This document shows positions 26,034 through 39,000 of a stretch of 64,000 nucleotides of DNA, piece by piece. The stretch spans positions 1,674,001-1,738,000 of the forward strand of contig OZ218957.1 of the NCBI GenBank assembly GCA_965112735.1, given 5' to 3'. This stretch comes from Phaeosaccion multiseriatum. Taxonomy: Eukaryota; Protista; Ochrophyta, other classes. Within the stretch, counting starts at the first letter, position 1; each line of letters starts with the position of its first letter. The notes beneath the pieces are model-generated. The model was not told where the DNA came from. It was given only the letters and a program-made list of their open reading frames with translations, and made no database searches. A program made the position numbers and the translations under genes.

Positions 26034-29000
26034 ATGAGACGACCTCTTAATAACTTCACCTCTGCGGCAGGCAACCTCACCTCTGCAGCTGCAGGTAAAA
26101 TTTCCTCTGCTGCAGAGAAGGCTACATCTGCTGCAGGAAAAGCAACGTCTGCAGCAGCAGATGCAGCAGGTACCCTCACCTCTGCGGCAGGGAAAGCAAC
26201 CTCCGCAGCCGGGAACTTCACCGTTGCTGCTGCAGAAAATCTCACTTCTGCAGCAGGCAACATTACCTCGGTAGTGGGAGATGCCGCAGCCGACCTCACG
26301 CTTGCTGCTGGAGCGATTGTGACCAGCATTTCCACCTCGGCGGGGCTTCCAACTGGTCAACCGCGTGAGAGAGGGATGAGAGGTAGCCTGTCCCTCAGAA
26401 GAAGCGGTGAGAGAGGCATGAGGGGAAGTCTGTCCCTGAGAAGGTCACCGGACAGAGGCATGAGGGGCAGTCTATCCTACACGGAGAAAAGCGAGGCGGA
26501 GGAGAGCACCACCGACCTCCCAGCTGCAGCGTTGAAGGACAAGGGGGATGCAGCTGTCGCCAAGCGAGAAGGTGCGTAAGAGGACCCGCAAAAGCTTGCT
26601 AAAGTTTGCTTGAGCTCACTACAGCTAAAGAGGTCCTAAGGGCAACGAGGAGGGCATGCCCGGCAACCCCATCATCGATCTCCATACTGTAGCGCATACG
26701 CCCCTGTTCCTCCCCCGTGCTACTTACGACAGTAGCACACACTTTTCCGAAAGGCGTTTCGTGGTTGATTTGTCCCGCTGAGCTTGCTTGTCTTTCTTTA
26801 CTCCCATGCCAGCGTGGGACAAGCCATACTCCCCATCCCTCCCTCCCTCACCCCCTTCTTCTCTGCCGTTCGCTGCCCCCCACCCCCTGTGCTGCGTACC
26901 TGCCTACGTACCTACGTACCTACCTACGTACCTACCTACCTACCTACCTACCTACCTACCTACCTACCTACCTACCTACCTACCAACCAACCTATATCTA
27001 CCTACCCACCTCGCAGAATGCATGCAGAGCCTGAAGCGGGTGGTGATGGTGGGGGGAGAGCCCTCAGACACCAAGTTAGCGGAGGTGAGGGACCTTGTAA
27101 GGGGTCTGCGCGCATCATCCCTCGATGCCGTTGAAGTCATTCAACTGTGGCGCAATGCCGTGGCCCTCGCCAGATACAAAGCTTCTGTGGCAGCCGCAGC
27201 AGGAGGAGCAGGGGGGGGAGCAGGAGGAGGGGCGAAAGGCAAGGGAGAAAGCGAGATCAGTGAGGGAGGGAATGTGTTGTCAACAGCGAAGGCGACGGGA
27301 TCTTCAGCGGAGGGTGAAACTGCAACAAGAGCAGCACCCGCCGCAACAACAGCCGGAGGGGAAGCAATAGCTCAGTCTCAGTCTCAGTCTTCAGCATCAG
27401 CACCTCCCTTGCAACGTGGGGGTGGCTTGCTGAGGCGCTCCCTCGTCGGCGGCGAGGGTGCACAGAAAGCAACAACAACGACAGGCTCCGGCTCAAGCTC
27501 ACGCCCAGGGTCGGGGGTAGGGTTGGGGTCAGGGTCAGGGTCAGGGTCGGGGTCAGGATCAGAGTTACCTGCCATTTCGACATCTCCCGGGGGCGGCAGC
27601 AGTTCTTCGCCAGGCCCCGAGGTGCTCGCTGCCTTTCTACCCGTCTTTTGGTGGGTACCCTCCGCCCAACTCGAATCCTCAGACAAGACGGAAGGAGGAG
27701 GAGGAGGAGGAGGAGGAGGAGGAGAAGAAGCAGCTGGAGGAGGGGGGGGAGGAGGAGCAGCAGCAGGAGGGGGAGGAGGCGTGATAACAGCGATGGTTTC
27801 TTCGGTGTGGAAGCAGAAGATGCCGCCCCCTCAGGGACGCATCAACTATCTCGTGCGGATGGCAACCGACACCGACTTCATCGCGGAGGTGAGGACAAGG
27901 GAGGGAGGGAGGGAGGGAGGGAGGGAGGGAGGGAGCAAGGGAGGGAGGGAGCAAGGGAGGGAGGGAAGGGAGCGTCCAAGACTTCGTCCGTCTGGACACA
28001 GACAGTACCATCAACACCTCACTCCTCCTCCTCCTCCTCCTCCTCCTCCTCCTCCTCCTCCTCCTCCTCCTCCTCCTCCTCCTCCTCCTCCTCCTCCTCC
28101 TCCTCCTCCTCCTCCTCCTCCTCCTCCTCCTCCTCCTCCCAAACAGGAGGGCTCTATCGTGCTGGAGTTATTCCCTCCCGACATCAAGCTGTGGCGCAAC
28201 CCATTTGTCCTCTCGCACAACCTTGACGACACCGTGGCCATGGGGACAATGATCAGTGGACAGCATCAGGTAAAGGGGGAGGATGGGCAGGTATATGGGG
28301 AGGATGAGTAGGTATATGGGGAGGATGGGCAGGTACATGGGGAGGATGGGCAGGTATATGGGGAGGATGGGCAGGTATATGGGGAGGATGGGTAGGTATG
28401 TGGGGAGGATGGGCAGGTATATGGGGAGGATGGGCAGGTATGTGGGCATATGGGCACACATATGGACTGGCACATGCACTGGCACATGCACAAAAGAGGA
28501 TTATGGGTAGGGAAGTGGTAGCAGCAGGCATATGGGTCAAGGGTTTAGGGCGCTCACACTCACACTCACCTCCACACAAACTCACACTCGCACTCACACC
28601 CCCTTCCCCTCTACAGGCATATGGGCCGCAGCCATACGGGCACCAGCAGCTCCGAGGAGCAGGCTCCAGGAGAGGTCCCCGGGGGGCGGACACGGCTCGA
28701 CTGCTGCAGGCATCAGAGGCCATTATAGAGGCAGAGAGACGCTTCAAAGAGGGCAAGGAGGGGGGAGGGGGGGGGGGAGGCATTGGGGGTATGGGTATAG
28801 GTGGGCAGGGGGGTCCAGGGGGGCAAGGGGGAGGGGCGGAAGAGGAGGAGGGCGAGCGGAGGTTGCTGGGCACGGAAGAGGGAGCGGTTCGGGAGGAGAT
28901 CGCTCTCGCGGCCGAAGGGGGGGGGGGAGCAGGAGCAGCAGCAGCAGGAAGAGGAGGAGGAGGAGGAGGAGGAGGAGGAGGAGGAGGTGGTGGAGGAGGG

Positions 29001-30099
29001 GGTGGAGGAGGAGCTGTAGTAGGAGGAGGAGGGGAGGGGGGCTCGCGAAGGAGGTCCTCAAGCAGTAGCAGGGGCAGGCCCGCGTCGGCAAGTGATTCAC
29101 GGGGCAGGTCTCCGAGTCGGCATCTTCGTCACCCTATGGAGCTGCCGGAGGATGTGAGCCTGCGCGTGGCGGTGAATCTGGAGGCGTCTGTAGTTGGGTT
29201 GTTAGAGGTGCCTCCGGCGGCCACGCTGGCCGATGTGAGGCACATGATTGATCAGCATGTGGGGTTAGGGCCGATGTTGAAGGTGAGTAGAGAGGGGGGG
29301 TGGGGAGGGGGGGATAAAGAGAGGGAGGGAGGGAGGGAGGGAGAGAGGGGGTGAGTGGGAGGGGAGGGAGACGGGGAGGGGGGGAGATGGCTCCTATGTT
29401 TGCGTCCTTTCGTCCACCGCACGCTACATACATACATACATACATACATACATACATACATACATACATACATACATACATACATACATACATACATACA
29501 TACATACATACATACATACATACATACATACATACTCACCAACAGAATCTCCTCGTGTGTGTGAATTCGTGCGTGTCTGTTGTGTGCATCTCTCTCTCCC
29601 TCTCTCTGTGCGTGTGTGCGCGCATGTGTGTGTGCGTATGTGTGTGTGTCTGCATGCGTATGTCCCTCTCCCTATGCAACCCCCCCTCACCCCCCCCGGC
29701 CCTCCCCTCACTCTCTCCCCCACAGCACCTCGAATACCACTTCATGTTAACGGGCGTTAAGGTCGAACGCACCCTCGAACCGCACTGCAGAGCCGCTCAA
29801 CTGCCGGGCCGTCTCGTGCTGCTCAAGTGCAAACACTTCCACCACCACCCTCCCCACCATGCCGACCACACAGGGCCTCGGGGCAGTCACATCAGCGGCA
29901 CTAGTACCGGTTCTGGTGGTGGTGGTGGTGGTGGTGGTGGTGGTGGGGCGATGAGCGACTCCGTTGTGGGGGGCGGCGCAGGTGCTGCGGGTACGGTGCT
30001 CGGAGGGGGAGGGCAAGGGGCACATGGCAAGACGAAGGGGGGCGCCAAGAGGGGTAACACACCAGGGAAAGGGAGGTGAGTGAGGAAGTGTGTGTGTGC

Positions 30100-30132
<33 letters not shown>

Positions 30133-31929
30133 GTTGGGTGGGGTGGGTGGGGAGGGGGTTGAATGAGGAGGCAGGTGCATGTGGTGGGTTGGAGGATGTG
30201 TGGCTCGCTCTCTCGCTCTCTCTCGCTCTCTCTGTCTCTCTCTGTCTCTCTCTCTGTCTATCTCTTTCTCTCTTTCTCTCTTTGTCGCGCCCACTCGCTT
30301 TCTCTCTCTTCGGTTGACTTGTTCCTCCGTTGGGATGCATGGCAGGCGAAACTCACCTTTCTGCCCCCCCCCTCCCCCCCCCTCCCCTCACTCCCCTCCC
30401 GTCTTGTGCTGTCCCCTCCTCTCTCGTGACTGAGCAGCAAGCGCAAGAAGGAGGATGCCGACGGTCAACACCCCGGCGGTTACGACGCGCTCATCCCCGT
30501 GCAAATCGACACACACATCTGCGCTGTGCACGGGCTCAATGAGATTATCACGGTGAGTGAGTGAGTGAATAACTGAGTGAGTGAGTGAGTGAGTGAGTGA
30601 GTGAGTGAGTGAGTAAGTAAGTGAGTGAGTGAGTGAGTGAGTAAGTAAGTGAGTGAGTGAATAACTGAGTGAGTGAGTGAGTGAGTGATAGAGTGCGTGA
30701 GGGGAGTGAGGGAGTGATGGAGTGATGGAGTGAGGGAGGGAGGGAGGGGGGGAGGGGGGGAGGGAGGACCCTCATTCTGACTCTCTCTCCTTCTATTCTT
30801 CCACCCCTCACCCACCCTGTTGTCTCTTTTTGTATACCTCTCTCTCTCGGTGCGTCTCTCTCTGTCTCTCTTCCCCCTGCCCTCTCTGCCTACCCCTCTC
30901 TCTCCCTCTCCCCTCCCCTCCCCTCCCCTCCCCTCCCCTCCCCTCCCCTCCCCTCCCCTCCCCTCCCCTCCCCTCCCCTCCCCTCCCCTCCCCTCCCCTC
31001 CCCTCCCCTCCCCTCCCCTCCCCTCCCCTCCCCTCCCCTCCCCTCCATTCCCCTTCCCCATAGGAGGCGGATGTCACCTACGTGCTCAACAAGGGCGACT
31101 TGATCAGGATCGGAAGCGTGTCGGGACACACGTGGAGCGTGGTGGCGCTGACCATTGTGCCCAACGGAAGGGGCCGCTGTCGCATCACCCTCGCAGAGCC
31201 CTACAATCACTACAAGGTAGGTACAGGTTGGGTTTGAGTTTGAGTTTGAGTTTGAGTTTTCGGTCCAGGTTGAGTTTGAGTTTGAGTTTGAGTTTGAGTT
31301 TTCGGTCCAGGTTGAGTTTTCGGTCCAGGTTGAGTTTGAGTTTGAGTTTCGTGTCGTCTTGCTCCCTCAGAGCCCTGCAATCGCACAAGGCAACGGTTAT
31401 TTTGAGTTCGAGTTCGAGTATTGAGTTTGGAATCCTCAGTGTGAGTCTCAGTCATAGTTTCAGTTTCAAGTCGTGCCTGTGTTTGGCTCTATGTGGGGGA
31501 TATCGTGTATGTCTCATTGACTGAGCCTCACACCCCGCCCCCCTCCACTCCCCTCCCTCCACTCCCCTCCCTCCACTCCCCTCCCTCTACTCCCCTCCCT
31601 CTGCAGGCCAACGGAATAGAACCACCCGACGCCGCCTGTGGTCATCATCACGAGGGAAGCGACGAAGAGGGCCTCGACTCAAACTCGCACTCACATTCAC
31701 ACTCACAACTCCTCCATGACAGCGGTAGCGTCGCATCTGCAGGAGGAGGAGGAAGAGGAGGAAGAGGAGGGACAGCAGGGCCAAGTAAAGCGGGAGGGGG
31801 AGGAGGTCGAGCAGGGACGTCGAAGAAGCGCCCCATTTCAAAGGCGTCAGGGTCGGCCAAGGGGGGGGGAAAGGACACGCTGGAGGAGGAGGAGGAGGAG
31901 GAGGAGGGGGGGGGGGCAAAGGTAATCAC

Positions 31930-31962
<33 letters not shown>

Positions 31963-32972
31963 AAGGACAAGAGCAAGAAGGAGGCTTCCTTGGAGCGGCT
32001 GGATAACATGGTGTCTTCGTTGGGGGTGAAGCAACACATCGAAGCGGAAACCGACGAGAGTCGCCAGTACCTTCTTCCACCGGGCCATCAACATCGTGCT
32101 CATGCTCATCACGCCAAGCGTAAGAGCTTCAGTGCTGGGAGTGGCCTCGGCTCCGGTGGGGGGGAGGGAGAGAGCGGAGGAGGAGGAGGAGGAGGAGGAG
32201 GAGGAGGAGAAGGAGGAGGAGGAGGAGGAGGAGAAGGAGGAGGAGAAGGAGGAGGAGCGGTGGCGGGGCGGCGGCGGCAGAATGGCCCGAGCAAGAGGCA
32301 TCAGTCCGTCCTCATGGTACGTGTGTGTGTGTGTGTGTGCGTGTGTGTACATACGTGTGCGTGTGTCTGTGTGTGGGCATGTGCGTGCGTGTATGTGTGT
32401 GTGCGCGCACGTGTGTGTATTTCTTCTCGCAATCTCCGCTTGCCGACTCAGTGGCCTCCCTCTGACACCTCCCCTCCCCTCCCCTCCCCTCCCCTTCCAT
32501 CCCCTCCCCTCCGCTCACCTCCCCACCTCACCCCACCCCACCCACACACCTTAGACTGCCAATCTCGGAAAGCCTCTGTCCCCTACCTCTACGTTATCTC
32601 CTCCGGGCGCCAAGCACACTCAAACTCAAACTATCGGAGGAGCGGCAGGAGCAAGACGCGTGCCTCGCCGCGCCACCGTTGGCCCCACTGACATAGTTGG
32701 AACCCTCCCGGGCAGCAGTCGGGGCAGCAGCACGAATAGAGTCACTCAGAAGGGTGTTGGTGGTCCAACAGATGGTGAACACGGCCGACATGGACAGGAC
32801 CAACATGCACATCACGAGTGGGAGGGGAGGGGCTCCGGCTCCGGCTCGGGCTTCTCCTCCTCCTCTGTGAGAGGGGAGGGGTTTCCGCATCGGCATCACA
32901 GCAAGGGGTTTAAGAAGGGAAGGAAGAGGAAGGCGTCGGTGCTGGGCTTGGCCCTTCATGCACTACAAGCGC

Positions 32973-33022
<50 letters not shown>

Positions 33023-36000
33023 GAGTGTGTGTATGTGTGTGTGTGAGAGAGAGTGTGTGTATTTGTGTGTATGTGTGTGATTGTGCGCATGTGTGTGAAT
33101 ACGTATGTGTGTGGGTGTGTGTTTGTGTGTGTTTGTTTGTGTGTGTGTATGTGTGTGTGCGTGTCTGTGTGTGCGTGTGTGTGTGTGTGTGTGCGTGTCT
33201 GTGTGTGTGTATGTGTGTGCGTGTCTGCGCGTGTGTGTTTGTGTGTGTGTCTGTGTGTGTGTGTATGTGTGTGTGTATATGCGTGCATGGGGGATATGGG
33301 GGCGTGCGTGTGAGTGTGGGTGTTGTGTGTGCGTGTGTCGGAGACAGAGAGAGAGAAGCAGAGAGAAGAAGAGGGGGATGGAGGAATGGAGAGATATGAA
33401 TGGATAGGGAGAGATATGAATGGATAGGGAGAGAGCAGCGACAAGCTGTAAGGGAGAGAGTGACACGCGGAGAGAGAGATACCAACCAACCAACCAACCA
33501 ACCAACCAACCAAACTATATACCTACCAGCGAACCAACCAACCAACCAACCAACCAACCAACCAACCAACCAACTAACCAACTAACCAACCAACCAACCA
33601 ACCAACCTACATACCTACCCACCAACCAACCAACCAACCAACCAACCAACCAACCAACCAACCAACCAACCAACCAACCAACCAACCAACCAACCAACCA
33701 ACCAACCAACCAACCAACCAACCAACCAACCAACCAACCAACCAACCAACCACCCACCCAACCCGTCCACCGATCAAGCAGGACGGAGATGTGCAGCTCG
33801 GAGACTCGCGCGTGCTCCGCGTATGGAAGATGACGCCTGAGTCCAGGGATTGCCGACCAAGATGGCAGAGGGACTTTGAAGAAGGGAAGGTGCCCGAGCA
33901 TGAGGTCTATCGATTCTCTCCAGAGACAGTGGCAGCGGCTCTTGCAGAGTCTCACCACCACCATCATCATCATCATCCTAACAACCACCACGGACAGAGC
34001 AACCATCACGGTCAGAACAGTCATCACGGAGGAGCGGGGGCAGCTGGAGGACACGGGCATCATGGCGCCGGGGGAGTAGGGGGAGGGGCGGGCGGGCACA
34101 AGCAGGACGCATATCACCACCTCCCCTCAATCCATGACATCCGGCGGCAGGAGAAGGTCATGTTCACCCACTTTCGCGTCGCTGTGGCGGCGAGGGAAGT
34201 GGAGCCTTTGGTGGTGGACGCTCCACCACGTAAGCGGTTTGGACATCTTTATCCGGAGCAGCGGATTGACTACATCGGCAAGATCTCTCCGGCGGAGCTT
34301 AGTGGGGTGGCGTTTAAGCAGCTGTTGAAGCTTGGTCCGGAGAGTAAAGGAGGCTTGCTTGATCAGAGGAAGTGGCTCAAGGTGGTGGAGGCGCTGGGAT
34401 TGTTCCCGGACCTCAAGAGTAGTCAGGTAAGGGGGGGGGGGGAGGGAAGGGAAGGGAGGGGAGGGGAGGGGAGTGGAGTGGAGGGGAGTGGAGGGGAGTG
34501 GAGGGGAGTGGAGGGGAGCGGAGGGGAGTGGAGGGGAGTGGAGTGGAGGGGAGGGGAGGGTAGGGGACTTGCCACCACCTGTGCACACATCCATACACTC
34601 ACTTCCATCTGCTGCCATCTGTATACACCTGCACACTTCCATTTACTGCCACCTGTATACACCTGCACACTTCCATTTACTGCCATCTGTCCAACCCCCC
34701 CCCACCCCCTCCATCTACTGCCATCTGTACAAATCCATTTGCTGCCATCTGTCCACAATAGGTGGTGCGACATGACGTGGAGAGTGTGTTCAAGATGTGT
34801 TCGTGTCAGTACAGAGAACTCAAGGCGGAGGTCATGGCCAGAGACGCAAGGGAGGAGGCGAGGGAGGCATCCAGAGAGGCACACCGCCAAGAAGGGGGAG
34901 GAGGAGGAGGAGGAGGAGGAGGAGGAGGAGGAGGAGGAGGAGGAGGAGGAGGAGGAGGAGGAGGAGGAGGGGGGTGGGGAGGGGAAGGGGGAGAAGGTGG
35001 TGGAAGTGGGGGGGGGGTTGGAAGCCAGCAAGTAAGTCTGAGCAGCCCTCCTCCTTCTCGTGGGGGGGTCCACAGCAGAGGAGGACACCGGGGGGGTACG
35101 ACCCCGGGGGGCGGGCACGGACATCACAAGAAGGGAGCGGGGAATAGCAGCAGGGGGCAGGGCATCGTCTTGAAGAACGTCAGCGATCAAGAGCTGCGCA
35201 TGGATGCCGACGGTTTCAGAGAGAGCCTGGTGGAGCTCGGCAAGATGAGCTTCAGGGGTGGTGACGGTGGATCCGCTTCCTCCTTCCATGATGGAGGCAA
35301 GCAGGACGCGGTGCTGAGCCGAGTGATTCTTCGACATGTGCTCGGCAGCGGGGCTGACTATCTGCAGGTAAGTGTGTGTGTGTGTGTGTGTCTGTGAGTG
35401 TGTGTGTTTGTGTGTGCATGTGTTTGTGTGTGTGTGCGTACGTGCATGTGCGTGCATGTGTGTGTGCGCGTGTCGTTGTGCGGAAATACTTTTTTGTTCG
35501 TGCATGTATTGTATATGTGTGCGTGTGTCTATATGTAAGTGAGTGCGTACGTCGCGTGTGTGCGTGAGTGTCGCCTTATATCCCCCCCCCTCCCCCTCTC
35601 CCTCCCCATCCAAAGTCCGTTGTCGACCGTGTGTGGCACCGTGCAAAGACACATGCCATCCAACGCGAAGGCCTCAAGCAATGCGCAGCAGTACGACTAC
35701 AGGCCCGGCTCAGGGGCTGGACCAAACGACGCCTCTACACCCAGAAAGACCGCTGTGGACTACAGTTACAAACGTGGTGGCGTATGGCCACAAAGAGACA
35801 AGCACTGCTGAGGAGGAGGAGGGCCATCGAGGCGGCGCATCGATTTAAGATAGAGAGCGCCGCGGCGATGAGGATACAGGGGTGGACAAGGAGTAACTGT
35901 TGGAGATACGACTTCCTCCGGGTACGTGGGTGTGCATGTGTGTGCGTGTGTGTGCGTGCATGTGCGTGTGTGTATGTGTGTGTATGGGCGTGTGCGTGTG

Positions 36001-39000
36001 CTTATGCATGTGGTATGTTCATCTGTGTGTGTGCGTGTGCGTGCGTGTGGGCGTGTGTACGTTTGCGTGTGGGTGTGTGTGCGTGTGCGTGTGCGTGTGT
36101 GTGTATGAGAGAGTGGCTGCGGTGACCATGAGATGGCGCAGTCAGTGCAGTGCAAGCGCTTCCTTCCTTCCTTCCTTCCTTCCTTCCTTCCTTCCTTCCT
36201 TCCTTCCTTCCTTCCTTCCTTCCTTCCTTCCTTCCTTCCTTCCTTCCTTCCTTCCTTCCTTCCTTCCTTCCTTCCTTCCTTCCTTCCTTCCTTCCTTCCT
36301 TCCTTCCTTCCTTCCTTCCTTCCTTCCTTCCTTCCTTCCTTCCTTCCTTCCTTCCTTCCTTCCTTCCTTCCTTCCTTCCTTCCTTCCTTCCTTCCTTCCT
36401 TCCTTCCTTCCTTCCTTCCTTCCTTCCTTCCTTCCTTCATTCATTCATTCCTTCCTTCCGTCCTTCCTTCCGTCCTTCCTTCCTTCCTTCCTTCCTTCCT
36501 TCCTTCCTTCCTTCCTTCCTTCCTTCCTTCCTTCCTTCCTTCCTTCCCTCCTTCCTTCCTTCCTTCCTTCCGTCCTTCCTTCCTTCCTTCCTTCCTTCCC
36601 GCCTTCCTTCCCCCCCTGCTTCCCACCCCTCTCACCCGTTCCCCTCCCCCTTATCCTCTTCCCCTAACTAGCGCTGCGAGAAACGCCGAGAAGAGGCGCT
36701 GCGTGCGCTTTCTGAGTGGCGCACTCGCCTGCACAAGAGGCGGAGGTACGAGCGACTGTGTCACAGCAGAAATCCTTCTGACGTATCTACCTCACATCAA
36801 TCATCGTGTACAAGTGTACTCACGTAACTATATGTATGTAAGTTAAGTTGCCGTACACATCTCTGAGAATGTGCTCTACCCTATGCTCTGTGCCATTTGT
36901 GAACCCCGGTGGTGGTTAACAACAGGTGGAGGGAGGAGGCAACAATCTTCCGGCACAACCGCACCATCAACGGCGTCATGGGGGTCAGTAACCTCTCTTA
37001 CACTGACTGATGTCCTCCCTGCCCCTCACTGACTTACTGACTGCTCCTCACGGACTTACTGTGTCTCACTGCCTGACTCATACACCCTCACCGACTTACT
37101 GACTATTCACTGATTGGTTGATTGGCAGGTGATGTGCCTTCACTGACTTACTGACTTTCACTGATTGATTGGCTGGCAGGTGGTGTGCCTGGTCACTGCT
37201 CAGAGCCACGAGATAACCCTCACTGGCTCACTGACTGACATACTAGCTACCCCCCTCACCGTGACTTATTGATTGACTCGCTGTAACAGGTGGTCTGCCT
37301 GGTGCTCAGGGAAGTGGGGCCCACAGCTCGTAGCCTTGACATGACTCTCAAAGCCTATGCGCCTGTCACACAACAGACATTCACTTTCTTCATGAAGGAG
37401 GAAGAGGTCAAGTAAGTCAGAAAAGGAGAGAGGGGCGGGAGGGGAGGAGAGGATATGGGGAGGGGAGAGGGGAGGGGAGGAGAGGAGATGGGGAGAGGGG
37501 AGGGGAGGAGAGGTGGTGCGGGGTGGGGTTGGGCAAGAGGATTAGGCAGACATGGAGACCGGCCTACGGGCATACAGCCAGGCATGGGTAGGCAGGCAGG
37601 CAGACATACAGGCCTTCACGTCTTTCCTTCACCCCTGTCCTGACACCCCCCCCCCCCCCCCCGCTGCGTCCTGACACCCACCCACTCCAGAGCACATCTG
37701 CACCGTACGTTGGGTGTGGACAGTCTGAGTGTGGGGGAGATGTTGACGGAGAGCAACCTGCGCATCCTTGCAGATCGAGTCATCCTCCGTCAGCAGAAGG
37801 GCAACAAGCTGTCGTCTTCAGCACACCCTCCCCACCCCCCCGCGTCCTCCTCCTCCCCCACCTCCTCCCCTTCCTCCTCCTCCTCCTCCTCCGCCGCCGC
37901 CGCCGCCGCCTTGATCGACTCCTGGAGCTCTGTTGGTGTGCATCTTGGTCGTCCAGAGGATGAGCAGGGGGAGGAGGAGGAGGAGGAGGATTGGGACGAC
38001 GAGTGGGAGGACGAGGAAGAGGAGGAGGAAGACGAGGACGACGACCAGGAGGAGGAGGAGGAGGAGGAGGTCTACAGCAGCAGCAGCAGGAGGAGGAGGA
38101 GGAGGAGTAGAAAGAGGAGGAGGTCCAGTCGGCGAAGATCAGGGCTAGACTCGTTCTCAGAGCAAGGGTCGGGGTCAGGGTCAGGGCTAGGGTCAGGGTC
38201 AGAGTCAGGGTCAGGGTCAGGATCGAAGGCGAGGACTCGAGCGGCCTCCACGGTGTGGCCCACTCCACCCTTGACTGAGTCGGGCCGCCGCACCTCCCAA
38301 CCAGGGGCAGCAGGAGCAGGAGGAGAAGCATCAACACTATCCGAAGGGGGGTCAGGGCCAGGGCCAGTGTCAGGGTCAGGGTCAGGGTCAGGGCCAGTGT
38401 CAGGGTCAGGGTCAGGGTCAGGGCCAATGCCTGGAGCAGGCACAGAGGAAGGCGCCTCACCGCATGAGTGTGCCGCCGCGGCCAAAGAGAGGGACAAGGA
38501 GCGACGCACCGCCTTGCGCGTGAGCGGCTTGCTTGCCATGAGGCTTCCTGCAGAGAGGGGCGCATTGGTACGTGTGTATGTGTGTGTACTGTGTGTGTAC
38601 GTGTGTATGTGTGTGTACTATGTGTGTACGTGTGTATGTGTGTGTACTGTGTGTGTACGTGTGTATGTGTGTGTACTGTGTGTGTACGTGTGTATGTGTG
38701 TGTACTGTGTGCGTACGTGTGTGTGCGCGTGTGTGCGTGTGTGCGTGGGTACATGAGTGCGTGTGTATGTGTGCTGTCTGACCTTCCTTCCACAGTCTCT
38801 CGAGGAATGGCTGCCCTGCGTCATTCCATGCGCCTCACCCCTCCCCTCTCCTTCCCTCTCCTTCCCTCTCCTCCCTTCTCCTCCCTTCTCTTCCCCTCCC
38901 CTCCTCTCCCCTCCTCTCCCCTCCCCCCCCCTCCCCTCCCCTCCCCTCCTCCGCGCCAGCTGTACAAGGCCGTGAAGCACCTCTCTGGTGAGCGTTATTA

